Source: Monocercomonoides exilis PA203 (taxonomy: Eukaryota; Protista; Preaxostyla). From it: a DNA stretch of 64,000 bases. The first letter of the stretch is position 1. Each line of letters opens with the position of its first letter. Shown in pieces: positions 49,799 to 61,517 of this stretch. The DNA lies in the NCBI GenBank assembly GCA_001643675.2, contig LSRY02000005.1:1798001-1862000 (forward strand). Direction: 5' to 3'. The notes below the pieces were generated by a model that did not search any database, was not told where the DNA came from, and worked only from the letters and a program-made list of their open reading frames with translations. The translations under genes were made by a program, and so were the position numbers.

Positions 49799-52700
49799 AT
49801 GGACAATTATTTGCAAAGTTTCAATTTCAGTAAAGACTTGATTATGAATGAAGAACTTTTGAGTCAATTCATCAAAGCATTTGGAGAGCATCCGCAGAAT
49901 TATTTATCTTTGCCATTTCCAGTTCAATTAAGGTTTGCTCCAAATTTATACTTTTGCTATTATTAAAATGTTATTTATTTGCATTGGAATCCAAACTTCG
50001 AAGAGAAACTTCGTTTTTGCCGGCATTTGCATCGAAGCCAAGAAATGTTATTCTTGTGGATTGCTTCATCGATGCAATGTTTTCGAAAATCAAATCAAAT
50101 GATATTTCATCTAATAGAACAATAGATTCCCGTGGTGCTTTGGAAAAGGAGTATTTTGAAAGAGCTTTGATATTGGTCCAGAGTCATTTTCCGCGCAAAA
50201 AACTTGAGTCTTCATTCAAAATATTCACTCAAAATAAACTTCCAGTGGTTTCGTTTTTATCATTTATTTAGATTTATTTTTGATATTTTTGAAATATTTG
50301 AAAGCAAAAGATAGAGATTTCAAAAGAACTTTTTTTGTTAGCTGCAATTTTGATAGTCCTAGAAGTTAATTCCCTAACAGCTTCTATTTGTTCTATAAAG
50401 GATATGCTACTGAGCGCAATAGTTTGTATTTATTGTTTCATACTATTTTTTTTTTAAATAGTTTTGTGAATTATTGAATGAATTTTATAATTTGATATTT
50501 AAATTTGCACAACCTCAAATTTTAACTAAAGCCAATATCTCGTCAAAGAGAAGGGCTCATTCCGTATTTGGATGCGCTTTTTGTTGGGTGCCAAAATGCT
50601 ATTGTTCATCTTCCATCATTTGAGGCATCACGAAGCGAAAACTCATATCCTCTTATTTTCCCACTCACAGAAAATATCCTTCGTTGCGGGGCGCAATGCA
50701 GATGTGACAAATTGAACAAAGGAAATTCATGTGAGGCTCCGTTGAGCGACGGAAAGAATGCAACTGGCAGATGGTTGTTCAAGATTAAAAAAGAGTCTGA
50801 ACTGCCGAAGGATGAAATTGAAAAGCTTAGAATTGTTCAATTTAGTGCAGAGCTTACGTTCCTTCTTGTTAAATATGTATGTTCTTCTTTTGTGAATAAT
50901 TATGTGATAGTTATTTTGTGATTATCGAACTTTATAATTATAATTATTATTTATTTTTGGGAAATGTGAAGAACTTGCATCAAAATCATTACCCCACCTT
51001 TCTCCTGAATGAGATGACGCATCCAGGCACACTGACTGAGCAGAACACACAAAGCGTAGGAGGAATGGAAGTCATATGGGAAGCGGTTGAGGAAATGAAG
51101 AAGAAAATCAAAGTTGCAGAATCTTCATTGGAAGAGAAGGAAAACAAAGCAAAAGAAGGAGACGAAAAGGGCTGCATCACAACGATTGAAGCTGTAAAGG
51201 CTGCGTATCCATCGCTTGCATCATTGATTGACGAGCTTATTGAGCAATATCTTGTGAACGATGGAAAATCGCCTTCAGAGTCTTCTTCTCTTTCGTCTTC
51301 GTTGGATCTGATCAACCCGTTCATCTACTGCATGAAGAACTGCGCATGCGATGCGTGGCTGCCTGTGAATGCGTTGCCCTGGACTGCGGTTGAAAGCGAC
51401 GAAAAAGCAAAAAATGCAATTTGTTCGTGTGAATCAGCCAGAGACTGCGGTGCGACGGAGTTTCATTGGCCAGCCATTCCACAGAAGTCTGAAGAGAAAC
51501 AAGATGAATGCTCTTTCTTCTTTCTGGATGGCACGTGCGTATACAAAGTGGAAGCTCTGAAGGAAGCATGCGATAAATGCACTGAAGAAAAACAGGAGAA
51601 AACGAGTTCAGAAGAGCAAAAACAGAGTTCTTCATGTTGTTGCTCAGAAAATGAAGCCTTCCCTCTTTCATCTGGGATTTGTGTTGCTCCGCTTTCATTG
51701 CTTAAGCTTGTATCTAAAAAGATATCTGAATTTTCCGAATGGAATCAGAAATTAGCTGATATTTCCTCTTCCTCTTCTCCTTCTTCTTCGTCGTCTGCTT
51801 CTTCAGCTTCTTCTTCAACTTCTTCGTTTTCTTCCACTCTCCATTCACACGTTTATTCGCTGTGTCAAACATTAACAAAGGAAGAGCCCGACTTGAACTC
51901 GATCAGATCAGATGTGAATGCACTTTCACATATGTTTGACAAGATTCTTCCATCTGAACGCCAAAAGCCAGGCTTTTTTGATTCGCTAAGAGAACTGCGC
52001 GCAGCTGTGAATGCGCTGCGCTTGCCTTCATGTGTGTGTGCGCGGGGAAACGATTGCAGCGGAAAAGAAGGCGAAGGAAAAGCCGAGAAGGAAGAGAAGG
52101 AGAATGGCAAACAACATGAAAGTGAAGCGATTAAGAAGGGATCGGAGTCGTTGGCCTTCTTGCTCCGCCCCACTCCGCCTCCTTCTTCTTTCCTCCCAGT
52201 TTCGCTTTCTGCATCTTCTTCTCTTAATAGCGAGAGCCTTTCTCTTGCCCAGCCTTCCTCGACTGAGCCGACCAATCCCCCCAAAATCGCTCTTGTGACT
52301 GGCGCAGCTGGCTTCATTGGCGCGTGGGTGTGCCACAGACTTCTGATGAGCGGGGTGGCTGTGATTGCTGCTGACTCGCTGAACGATTTCTATTCGTCGT
52401 CCATCAAGGAGCATGCCATTGCAAGGCTGGAAGAAGTGGCTCGTGCAGTTGGAGGCAAGAGATGGAAGGAAGAGAAAGGAGAAGGAGAAAAGAAAGAGGA
52501 AGCAAGCGAAGACAGTAACGGAACAGAAGTTATATCGCTTTTGACAAATTTTGTGTTCATATACCACGATTTGCGAGACAAAGAAGGATTTCGAGCGAAA
52601 GTTGAAAAAGCATACAGACTAGTAACTGGAGTGAAGTGCCCTGTTTCAGAGGATAAAGCCAGTGGTGATAGCAGCCAGACTCATTCAGAATCGAAAGTCA

Positions 52701-55008
52701 AAGTACACATTCCGTATGTCATCCATCTGGCTGCGCGTGCTGGTGTACGCTCGTCGATGCTGTATCCGGAGCTATTCAGGTCAGAAAATGTGCTGGCGAC
52801 ACGAAATATATTTGAGCTGGCGGTGGGAAAGGTGAGCAACGGGAAGAGAGGAGAAGGGTGGTGCACGCAGAGCATTGTGTATGCCTCTTCGAGTTCTGTC
52901 TACGGAAAGATGAAAGACGGACTTTGCGCTGAGCATCTATGTGTGGGACCACCTGAATGCATATACGCAGATACAAAAGTATGAAGAGACGTGAAAAGTG
53001 AGAAAGTTGAATGCTTTTTTTTTTTAATTTGTGATTATAAATTAACTTGAGCGTATTGTTGAATCTGTTTTTTTATTTTTCTTTTCATTTTTCATTTTTC
53101 ATTTTTAATACTTTGCATTATTCCTAACTTGTTTCACAAAAGGTTGAAAACGAAAGGCAAGCCGCTGAATATATGTCCAAATTGACCCACACCCCCATGA
53201 TATCAACAACAGCACCTCCTTCTCCTCCCGTGTCCACATACATTCCATCTTCAGTGCTTGCACACTCGCCCATTCCTCCTGTCTTCACGGGGCTCCGCTT
53301 TTTCACTGTCGATGGCGATATGCTGGGCAGCTCAGCCATCGGGCGTGTTGACATGGCAATTCCCTGCTTCACACGCATGCTGCATTCAGAAGGGAAGGAG
53401 AAAGTGACGATGTATGGGGACGGGTCGTTCAGAAGGGATTATACGAATGTGAGGGACATTGTCGATGGAATATGCCTCAGCCTGGACAGGGCAGATAGGT
53501 TGAGAGAGCAGATGAAGAAAGAGAAAGAATTGGCGCTGTCCAAAGAAAAAGGCGGGGAAGCGAGTTCAACTTCGGCTTCGGCTTTGTCAGGCTCTTCGTC
53601 AATTACAGTGGAAGAGCTGCTGAGAGTGTTCAATTTGGGAGAGGACCATTCGACTTCTGTGAGGCAGCTTATTGTTCAATTAGCGAAGGAAATGGGGATG
53701 TTCAGCAAGGAGACGTTTGCAGCTATTAAAGAGAAGGTGAAGCACGAAGTGACTGAAGAAGAGTTTGCATTCATTTTTCTGCTTGATTGTTGTTCATAAG
53801 AATATTTGATATTTGGTAAATGAACTTGCATATTTTCACATACAAATATTGTCAAATATTTTATTTCTTTTTTTTTTTTATTTTTTCCTTTATATTTTTT
53901 ATTTTTTCTGGGAAAATGAATGCATCTTATTTTTTTCATTTTTTGAAATGTATATCTGATTTTTTTCTTTTTTTCTTTTTTTTTTTTAAGTTTGCTCCAA
54001 TATCTTCTCGAGCGCGAATATGTTGCTTCAGTGAAACCGCCTCCAGGTGACATTCCCATCTGCATCACATCCCTCGAGCGATCCCGTTCAGAACTGCTTT
54101 ATTCTCCTAAGTTTTCTGTGGAGGAGAATTTGCATGCATGTATTCACGATTCGGTCAATGAGAGGGTCTTTGAGAGTTCGATATTTGCGCACAGACAAGC
54201 AAGTTGCAATGTGAAAGGAAAAGGAAGCGAATCTCAATGCGTTAAAAATTGCTCTTGTTCTGCTGGAGAATCTACAGAGTTGTCTAAACAGCCATCTAAT
54301 TGCACCCCCTTGAATTGTTTGTTGATAACGCTTGCATCTCAAAAATCCGTCTTTTCTTCGCACCTTCTGAACCAAATAAATCTCTTCTTGTCGCTTCCTC
54401 TTCCGCAACAGACGACGCTCCTTTCTCCTTTCCTCCTCCGCTTTGGTCTGAACACGCACCAGACGAAACCTTCGCAAAACGAGCCGACGTTCCTGCCAAT
54501 TCCAGAACTGACAGCGATTGAAGAGCACACATTGCTTGGATGGGACGGAAAGCACGTGGAGGTTCTGGGAGAAGGTGGAAGTGAGGAGGAGAAAGCTGAA
54601 GATGGCCAGCTGAGCTATTCAAAGCTGCTGCAGAAGATTGGAAAGGGCAAAGCAAGAGGGTCTTATGGAGGGGCAGGGTTGTTTTATTTGAATCCTTTGT
54701 TTGTTCCTGGAGAAGAAAAAGAAGGAGAAAAGAAGAAAGGAGCATCTCAATCGGAGATTGATTATTTGTCTTCAAGAACGAATGAAGGTGCCAACACAGA
54801 AAAAAGTGCAAGTCTGTTTTTGGACAAAGCACATCTTTTCACTCTTGGAGACTTTGTGCTTTTGGCGTGTGTGTTTGAGCAACTGTGGGTTGAATGCAAT
54901 GCCATTGAAGGCAACGTTGCTGGGGAAACAAAGCAGGCGCTTCTCGAGATGGTGGTTGAAGCCTTTAGCAGAATGCTTCTGCTTATTTATCAGGTTGCTA
55001 ATAAATAA
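49799..55008 (+). CDS. Extended-SDR NAD-dependent nucleotide-sugar epimerase (UDP-glucuronate 4-epimerase-like) with long N- and C-terminal extensions, multi-exon
   Basis: LVTGAAGFIG, VIHLAARAGVRSS, YASSSSVYG, YADTK (YxxxK), GLRFFTV, GRVDMA, YGDG...RDYT.V.DIVDGI, VFNLG, PGD. Linkage of the 5' exons is inferred. Confidence 0.8.
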
Positions 55009-55733
55009 TGCTGCCAAAGGAAGGAACAAAAACTCGTACACTTATAAATTGAATATTTAAGATTTGAAATATCTATCTTTTAATTTTTACAATTAAAGTT
55101 TGAGAGCTTTGGTTCTGTTGATCTTTATTTTAATTGTCACCATTGGAACTTGGTTGATTTGACTGAGTCACGGTTTTCGCGACTCACCCAAATCAATTTT
55201 TGTCACATTTATCGAATTTCTCAATTTTTAATTGAATTTCATTCAATTTCTCTATGATCGAAACTGTGATTTTTATAATCACAACATGTGATTGAACAAT
55301 TTTTTGTTTTGTTAATATTTTTATTATTACAAGTTCATAAACGTTGAATTTACAATATATTATTGTTTAAAATACGTTTTTTTGATATTTGTTTGATTTT
55401 TTTGTTGTTTTCTTTGTTTGTTTCAGTTTTTTGAAAACGATTTATTTTCATTGCGATTCTGCAACGAACTTTTCCACTAAAATTGAAATGAAATTGTTTA
55501 TATGATATATTATTAACATTTTCATATCAAATTTTTTTTCTTTTTTCAATATTTTTATTTTTTGTTACAAAAAATCACGAAAAACAAATAAATAAAAACA
55601 TATTGAATTGAAATTATATGAAAATTATCTATTTCCAAAAGAATTAAATATTAAAAGCTTTCTGAACATCACAACCAGAATGAAAATGATCGGATGTGAC
55701 TGAATGGTGCGAAGTTTTTCATTCATGAATATA

Positions 55734-56183
55734 CAGTCTAAACCGGATATAATCACATCGAATACAATCACATTCGTTTATAGTCACATTTTTCCATGCA
55801 CCGACATTTTTAGCTCATTTTTCATTCATTTTCCATCGAATATAATCACAGGGATGAAAATATATAATCACATTTTGTTTCATTATGGGTGGATTTTTCA
55901 TTGAAAAATTGACTTTTTGATCAGAAATCTCAATTTTTTGATTTTTCAAAATTATGTTAAAATAAGTCTGAATAACATAATAAAACAAAAATAATTGTTT
56001 TTTCTATTGAAAAATGTGTTTTTGAAAAGAATTTTCAAAAATAAAAAATTTGACCCAAAATTTGTTAATTTATTTATTAATTTTTATTATCTTCTGTGAA
56101 AAGCATCATCGTGTATAATCACAATCGGATATAGTCACAAAAAGTCGTGCAAAAACCGATGTGATTATATCCGGTTTTGACTG
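55734..56183. mobile_element. Tc1/mariner(pogo)-type MITE, 450 bp
   Basis: 27-bp TIRs CAGTC(T/A)AAACCGGATATAATCACATCG with one mismatch; TA on both flanks; internal TA(T/C)A(A/G)TCACA repeats. Confidence 0.88.
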
Positions 56184-56830
56184 TAGTTCCATTCTTAACT
56201 TTGAGTTGTTTTTCTTATTTTTCTAAATTTTCAATTTATTTTTTTGACATGTGAATGAAAATCTTATTATGAACATGTCGTAAAAAAAATGTTTGGAGCA
56301 AATCGTTGTTTTTTTTTTTTTTTTCAAATGAAAGAAAAATCTTTAGAGTCACATCCAATTAAACTCCATCTTAATGACACAAGATCGATCTTATTGGTTG
56401 CTGATTGATATTATGATACTTGACGTAGTCAAATCATTCAAATTCTGTTAGGATCTGTAATTTTTTGGTGACTAAAAAATAAATCTGGACATCAAATATT
56501 TGGATCTCCAGAGCTCTTTAAGAAAAAATAAATTAAAGGAAACCTTCAAAATGTTAATATGGGACAAAATATTTGGCTGCAGGCATTTTCATTGAAAAAT
56601 GATGCACTTTTGATAAACTTTTTGAGATCAAAAAACACAATAATAATAGGTCCATTTCAAACATTCGTGAAATGTTGGAAAACTTTCTGTTTTGATTTCA
56701 ATGATGTTTGTTTAAGGATATGAAAATCAAATCTGTTTTGAAATCTTATCAAGTTAAAAAATGTTATAAGTGAAACAATTTTTTCATGTTTTGTGCACAA
56801 AAAACTTGAAAGTCCATATTTTCCCCCATA

Positions 56831-57699
56831 TGTGCTATTCCGGAATGAATATATATATATATATATATATTGTTTTTAATTTCAGTGAAAAGATCTGGCA
56901 TTTTTTGTTTTATTTTTGCGATCAAATACTTGCTCATATTTTCACGAACTTTTTGTTATGAATGTTCTGAATGTTGTTATTGTTATAAGACTTCACTATT
57001 ATATGTTTTTGGATATTTTTTGATATTAATCACTTCATTTTTATATGACTTTTTCCATTTCACAAAATTTCGATAAAGTTAAAAAAAATTGTGAAATTAG
57101 AGTTACCATGTTTTTATTCATTGAAAAATATTAAAAAAACTGATAGTTATGTGTGTAATTCTTTTTGAAAAGTCGCAAACGTTGAATTTTCAAATAGAAT
57201 TTTTTTTCATGTTTAGCTCAAATTTCTGTTTCCACTCACGAATCTTCTCAAGAATGTGTGAAATAGCATTGTTCGGAAATAGATTCCATATTAGTATAGT
57301 TTGGTTGATGTCAACAAAAATGTGAGCTAAACATGAAAAAAAAATTCTATTTGAAAATTCAACGTTTGCGACTTTTCAAAAAGAATTACACACATAACTA
57401 TCAGTTTTTTTAATATTTTTCAATGAATAAAAACATGGTAACTCTAATTTCACAATTTTTTTTAACTTTATCGAAATTTTGTGAAATGGAAAAAGTCATA
57501 TAAAAATGAAGTGATTAATATAAAAAAATATCCAAAAACATATAATAGTGAAGTCTTATAACAATAACAATACTCATAACATTCATAACAAAAAGCTCGT
57601 TGAAATATGAGCAAGTCTTTGATCGCAAAAATAAAACAAAAAAACTCCAGATCTCTTCACAAAAATTTAAAAATCAAAAATATTTTCTGGAATAGCACA
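56831..57699. repeat. Long inverted repeat / foldback, ~390-bp arms and ~100-bp spacer
   Basis: ~57000-57220 pairs almost perfectly with 57323-57543; pairing continues with mismatches out to tgtgctattcc (56831) / ggaatagcaca (57699). Confidence 0.85.
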
Positions 57700-58736
57700 C
57701 ATTAACATTTTGAAGGTTTCCTGTTATTTCATTTCTAACAGAAGAGGGAAAGATCTCACATATTGTGTTACGATTTTAACTGTGAATTATTATCAATATT
57801 TCACCAAATTTATCACGCCAGAATTTTTTCATTCGAAGAGTGATGTTTTTCGTGAAAAAAATTTGAGATTTTTATCGAAAAATCCTTTCAGAACTATATT
57901 TTTAAATCTTCACACTCAATAGGTGGAACAGATTTATTAAAAAATTATTTGTTAATTACGAAAAGAAAATTAAAAAGATGATGAAAAATCTTCAGGTTCT
58001 GTTTGTAGCAACTATTTTTTAGAGGATTTTATGAATTTAGTTAAATATTGAAGAAAATACAAGAGAAAGAAAAAAAATTTTATGTTTTCATAAATATTTG
58101 AAAATTCTGATTTTTTTTTTTTTGGTAATGAAACTGAAATTCACAACCAATTTGTAAATTGTTGAAACTTAATTACACATTTGTTAATAGAATTTTCAAC
58201 AATGAAGTATATTTTAGAAATAATTCTAGATGATTTCTATGAAAACTTTCGTAACCAATAAGTTATACTTCACACAGAAGTGCTCCTGTGAGCCAGAAAT
58301 TTAAGTTCCCGATAAAAAAAGGGGGAATGATAAATTACTGACCCTATAATGAAAAGTATTCCTTTTATTGGATTGTGTAAAAAAAAAAAAAAAGAAAAGA
58401 AAAGAAAAAGAAAGAATCAAGTTATGCCTGTATGACCTGATATTTTTTTTTTTAAATTTGTAAATAACGAATTGACACTCGGATTATCATATCTGCCTCT
58501 GGCAGAAATTGAATACTTTCATGGTATTCATCCACAAAAAAATTGAAATGAAACAAACAAGTCACAAATAAATAATTTCTCAGTTCAATCCTTCAATAGC
58601 AAAATCGCAGTGTACCAATGAACATGATCTCAAAGCATCTTATTTATTTATTCAATTATATCAAGTGGTATCGACCAATCTTCTATTTTCTGTTGAAATA
58701 AATCATACTCTATTTGAAAATCTCTTTATTTCTATT

Positions 58737-59685
58737 TCATTCAAATCCCTTTTTAAAATCAATTTGATCTGTTTCACCTTTCCCGTCTTTTCCATCTCCT
58801 TCTTCCTGACTTTTCACTCTGACCACTTTCAAATACTGCTCTAAAAAGTCCTGATAAGGCTTTTCTAGAATTTCCATAGCAACAACGTACTTAATGAACG
58901 CTCTTATCACATCAGGCGAAACTTCAAGCATCGTCATTGCATATACAAGACGTTCTGCCACAAGCGTATTCCAAAATTTCTCCTTGTTTTCTTCGTTATA
59001 AGGAAGATCTCGGCTGTGAATAATTAATGGAATAGACGGATCCTCGAAATCAGCAGCAAGGGCCAATGGATCTCGTGACATTTGAGCCAATCTGGTTTTA
59101 CTTTCAGCGCTTCGAGCTTCGAGTGTTTTGAGTTGATAAAAAGCATCCATCCAAAGGCGATCGTCGGACCAAACGGAATGCTCTCTAACTAGATGCTAAT
59201 TAATTCATTCCGTTTTCATTATACTATTAAAAAATATTATATTAAAGTGAACAAACATTTAAACAATACATTGCATATTCTGGCCCATTTGATCTATCTG
59301 TATCAGTGTCAATTGTAGATTCAAGAATAGCAGCTCTATGAATAAAATATATGATATTGAACATTTTTTGAAATAAAATAATTTTAATCACAAACGCAAC
59401 AGAAAATGTGCTTTGACGTTTTGTTTCATCAAGCACAAAAGAAATAAATGATGCAAGTTGTACATATGCCAACGTATCTGACCGTGCTTTACTTGTTATT
59501 AATTTTCTGGAGCAAGCTCTGAAATGATAGGCAAAAAATTGTTGAGATTCAGAACTTTTCAAAAGCATCCGAAGTTTTGAGTCATTGTAATCCGTAAGGG
59601 GCAGAGCATCTGTAAGTCGTATTACGCACTTTCTTATAAAAGCAGATGCAACATCCAAAGGAGTCGGAAGAAGAAGAAGCGTCAT
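58737..59685 (-). CDS. Hypothetical protein, multi-exon
   Basis: ORFs 59242-59715 and 58737-59150 joined by AT-rich introns; first in-frame ATG at 59685. Confidence 0.6.
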
Positions 59686-59724
59686 GTTGACTATACTTAT
59701 TATGGGTATACCCACAAGAAAAGA

Positions 59725-60862
59725 ATGTCGAGAACAGTCGTTGATATTTCAGACGATGAAGAAGATGTCGGAGCAGAAAAGAGGGCAAAAATGGCTGCTC
59801 TTATGGCTATGATGAGTCAGGGCGATGATGAAGGAGAAAAGAAAAAACCATCAAAAAAGAATAAGAAAAAGGCAGGCGGAAAAAAGGAGGAAGGCGATGC
59901 ATCTGCAGATACCGAAGCAACCAAAGCCGCAACATTCGAGGAAATTGAATATTGCCCTGGTTTGTTCTTTTTTGTAAATTTGAAGTTGATTATTTATATT
60001 TTTAAAATAACTATTAGTTTGTGGCTATCCACCTGAATATTGCGAATTTTCTCCAAAATTCGAACAATGCAAAGAGTGGCTTAAGGACCATCATCCAGAA
60101 CTTTATCCAGAAATATTTGGTTCAGCTTCTTCTTCTTCAACCCCATCATCCAATTCATCAAGTACATCCCCAGCGAACGATGAAAAGGCTTCGTCATCAA
60201 AAACTCCAAGTTCTTCAACATCTGAAGGAAAACATGATGAAGGTGAAGAAAAGGAGGATGAAAAGAAAGAAGACGATCCAAAACCAGCTCCAAAAGCAAC
60301 TGGGAAAAAGGCAAGGAAAGAAGCAGTTTGTATTTATGAAAAATTATTAAAAGTTGCTTAATTTTAAAAAACATTTTTTGTGAAATTCTTTCCCTTTTAT
60401 TATTATTATTGTTGTTGTTGCTGTTAATTGATGTTGAAATACAAATGATATTTTTTTTACAAAGATCGCACCTAAAGTTAAGCTAAGTGTTGTGAACAGA
60501 ACAAAAAGGAAGCATTTAACTCAAGTGAGCGGATTAGAAGGATTTGGAGTGAAATTATCAGAAGCAGCAAAGCAGATGGGCAAGCGTTTCAGTTGTTCAT
60601 GCGCAGTGGTGAAGCAAGAAGGAACTGGAAATGAGATGCTTGTGATGCAAGGAGATTTTGTCATTGACTTACAAGATTATTTGAAGGAAAAATACGGGGT
60701 TTGTTTTTTTATTGCTGTTGTTGTCATAATTATTCGTATTATTTTATTGTTCCAATTGAATTTTTCTAACTTTTTTGTGAAAACAACAACATTACTTCAT
60801 TAATTTCCTTGTTCTGGATTGACTTCAAATAACAGTTGAAGGATTCAGATATAACAATGTAA
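59725..60862 (+). CDS. DENR: Density-regulated protein / Tma22 (SUI1-domain reinitiation and ribosome recycling factor), 4 exons
   Basis: Spliced IEYCP|VCGYPPEYCEF...CKEWL Zn motif; SUI1 domain RTKRKHLTQVSGL..FG.KL...AK.MGKRFSCS..V.....VMQGD; TAA at 60860-60862. Confidence 0.9.
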
Positions 60863-61089
60863 TTTTCCTACTTCCAGCATGTCACCAAAATCAAGCACGT
60901 AAAGCCTTCTGACAAAGTAACAAGAATGCGAAAAGTGATTTTAGTTTTTGTAAATCAAAATTCACTTCTGTTGATCATTTCGTCAAAACATTACAAAATT
61001 TATAAACTCAAATCATTAATGATAAATGCATTATTTTTTTTTTAAAAAAAAAATGAAATAATTATCGTTGGATTTCCAAGCAACATGCT

Positions 61090-61485
61090 TCATTCAGTTT
61101 TCTTTTTCTTTTTCGAATCGATCCAACATCGTATCCTTTCTTTCAGTGGCCGTCTCTCAGCGAATTTAGCATTCGGGTCGGTTGTCTGAAGCGCCCCGAG
61201 GAAAGCTCCGAAGAGGAGAGAAAGAATGCAGCTCACAATGATCGGCACGTTGTAGTACATTGGCTGATCACACGGCATGTTGAACACCAGCAATGCATCA
61301 TCGACAATGCGGAAGAGCTTTTGTGGCTGAAGTGAATCTGAATGTTCAGTGCTTGTGCTGTCGAGTGAAGTGGAATGAAATCTGTCAAGTGCTTCTCGAA
61401 TTGACTCCGTCTGCATGTCTGTTGAAATAGTTGTGAAGATGAAAGTTTAAATTGCATTTTTAAAAAGAATAAAAATGCATTGAAA

Positions 61486-61517
<32 letters not shown>

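Noticed and set aside
56380-56620. LLVAD*YYDT fragment resembling a piggyBac catalytic motif
   Set aside because: A single weak motif with no TTAA-bounded ends identified.
58260-58350. Possible small RNA (C/D-box-like ATGA...CTGA) in the intergenic region
   Set aside because: The spacing is too short and there is no guide or structural support; no tRNA or rRNA was recognised anywhere in the window.
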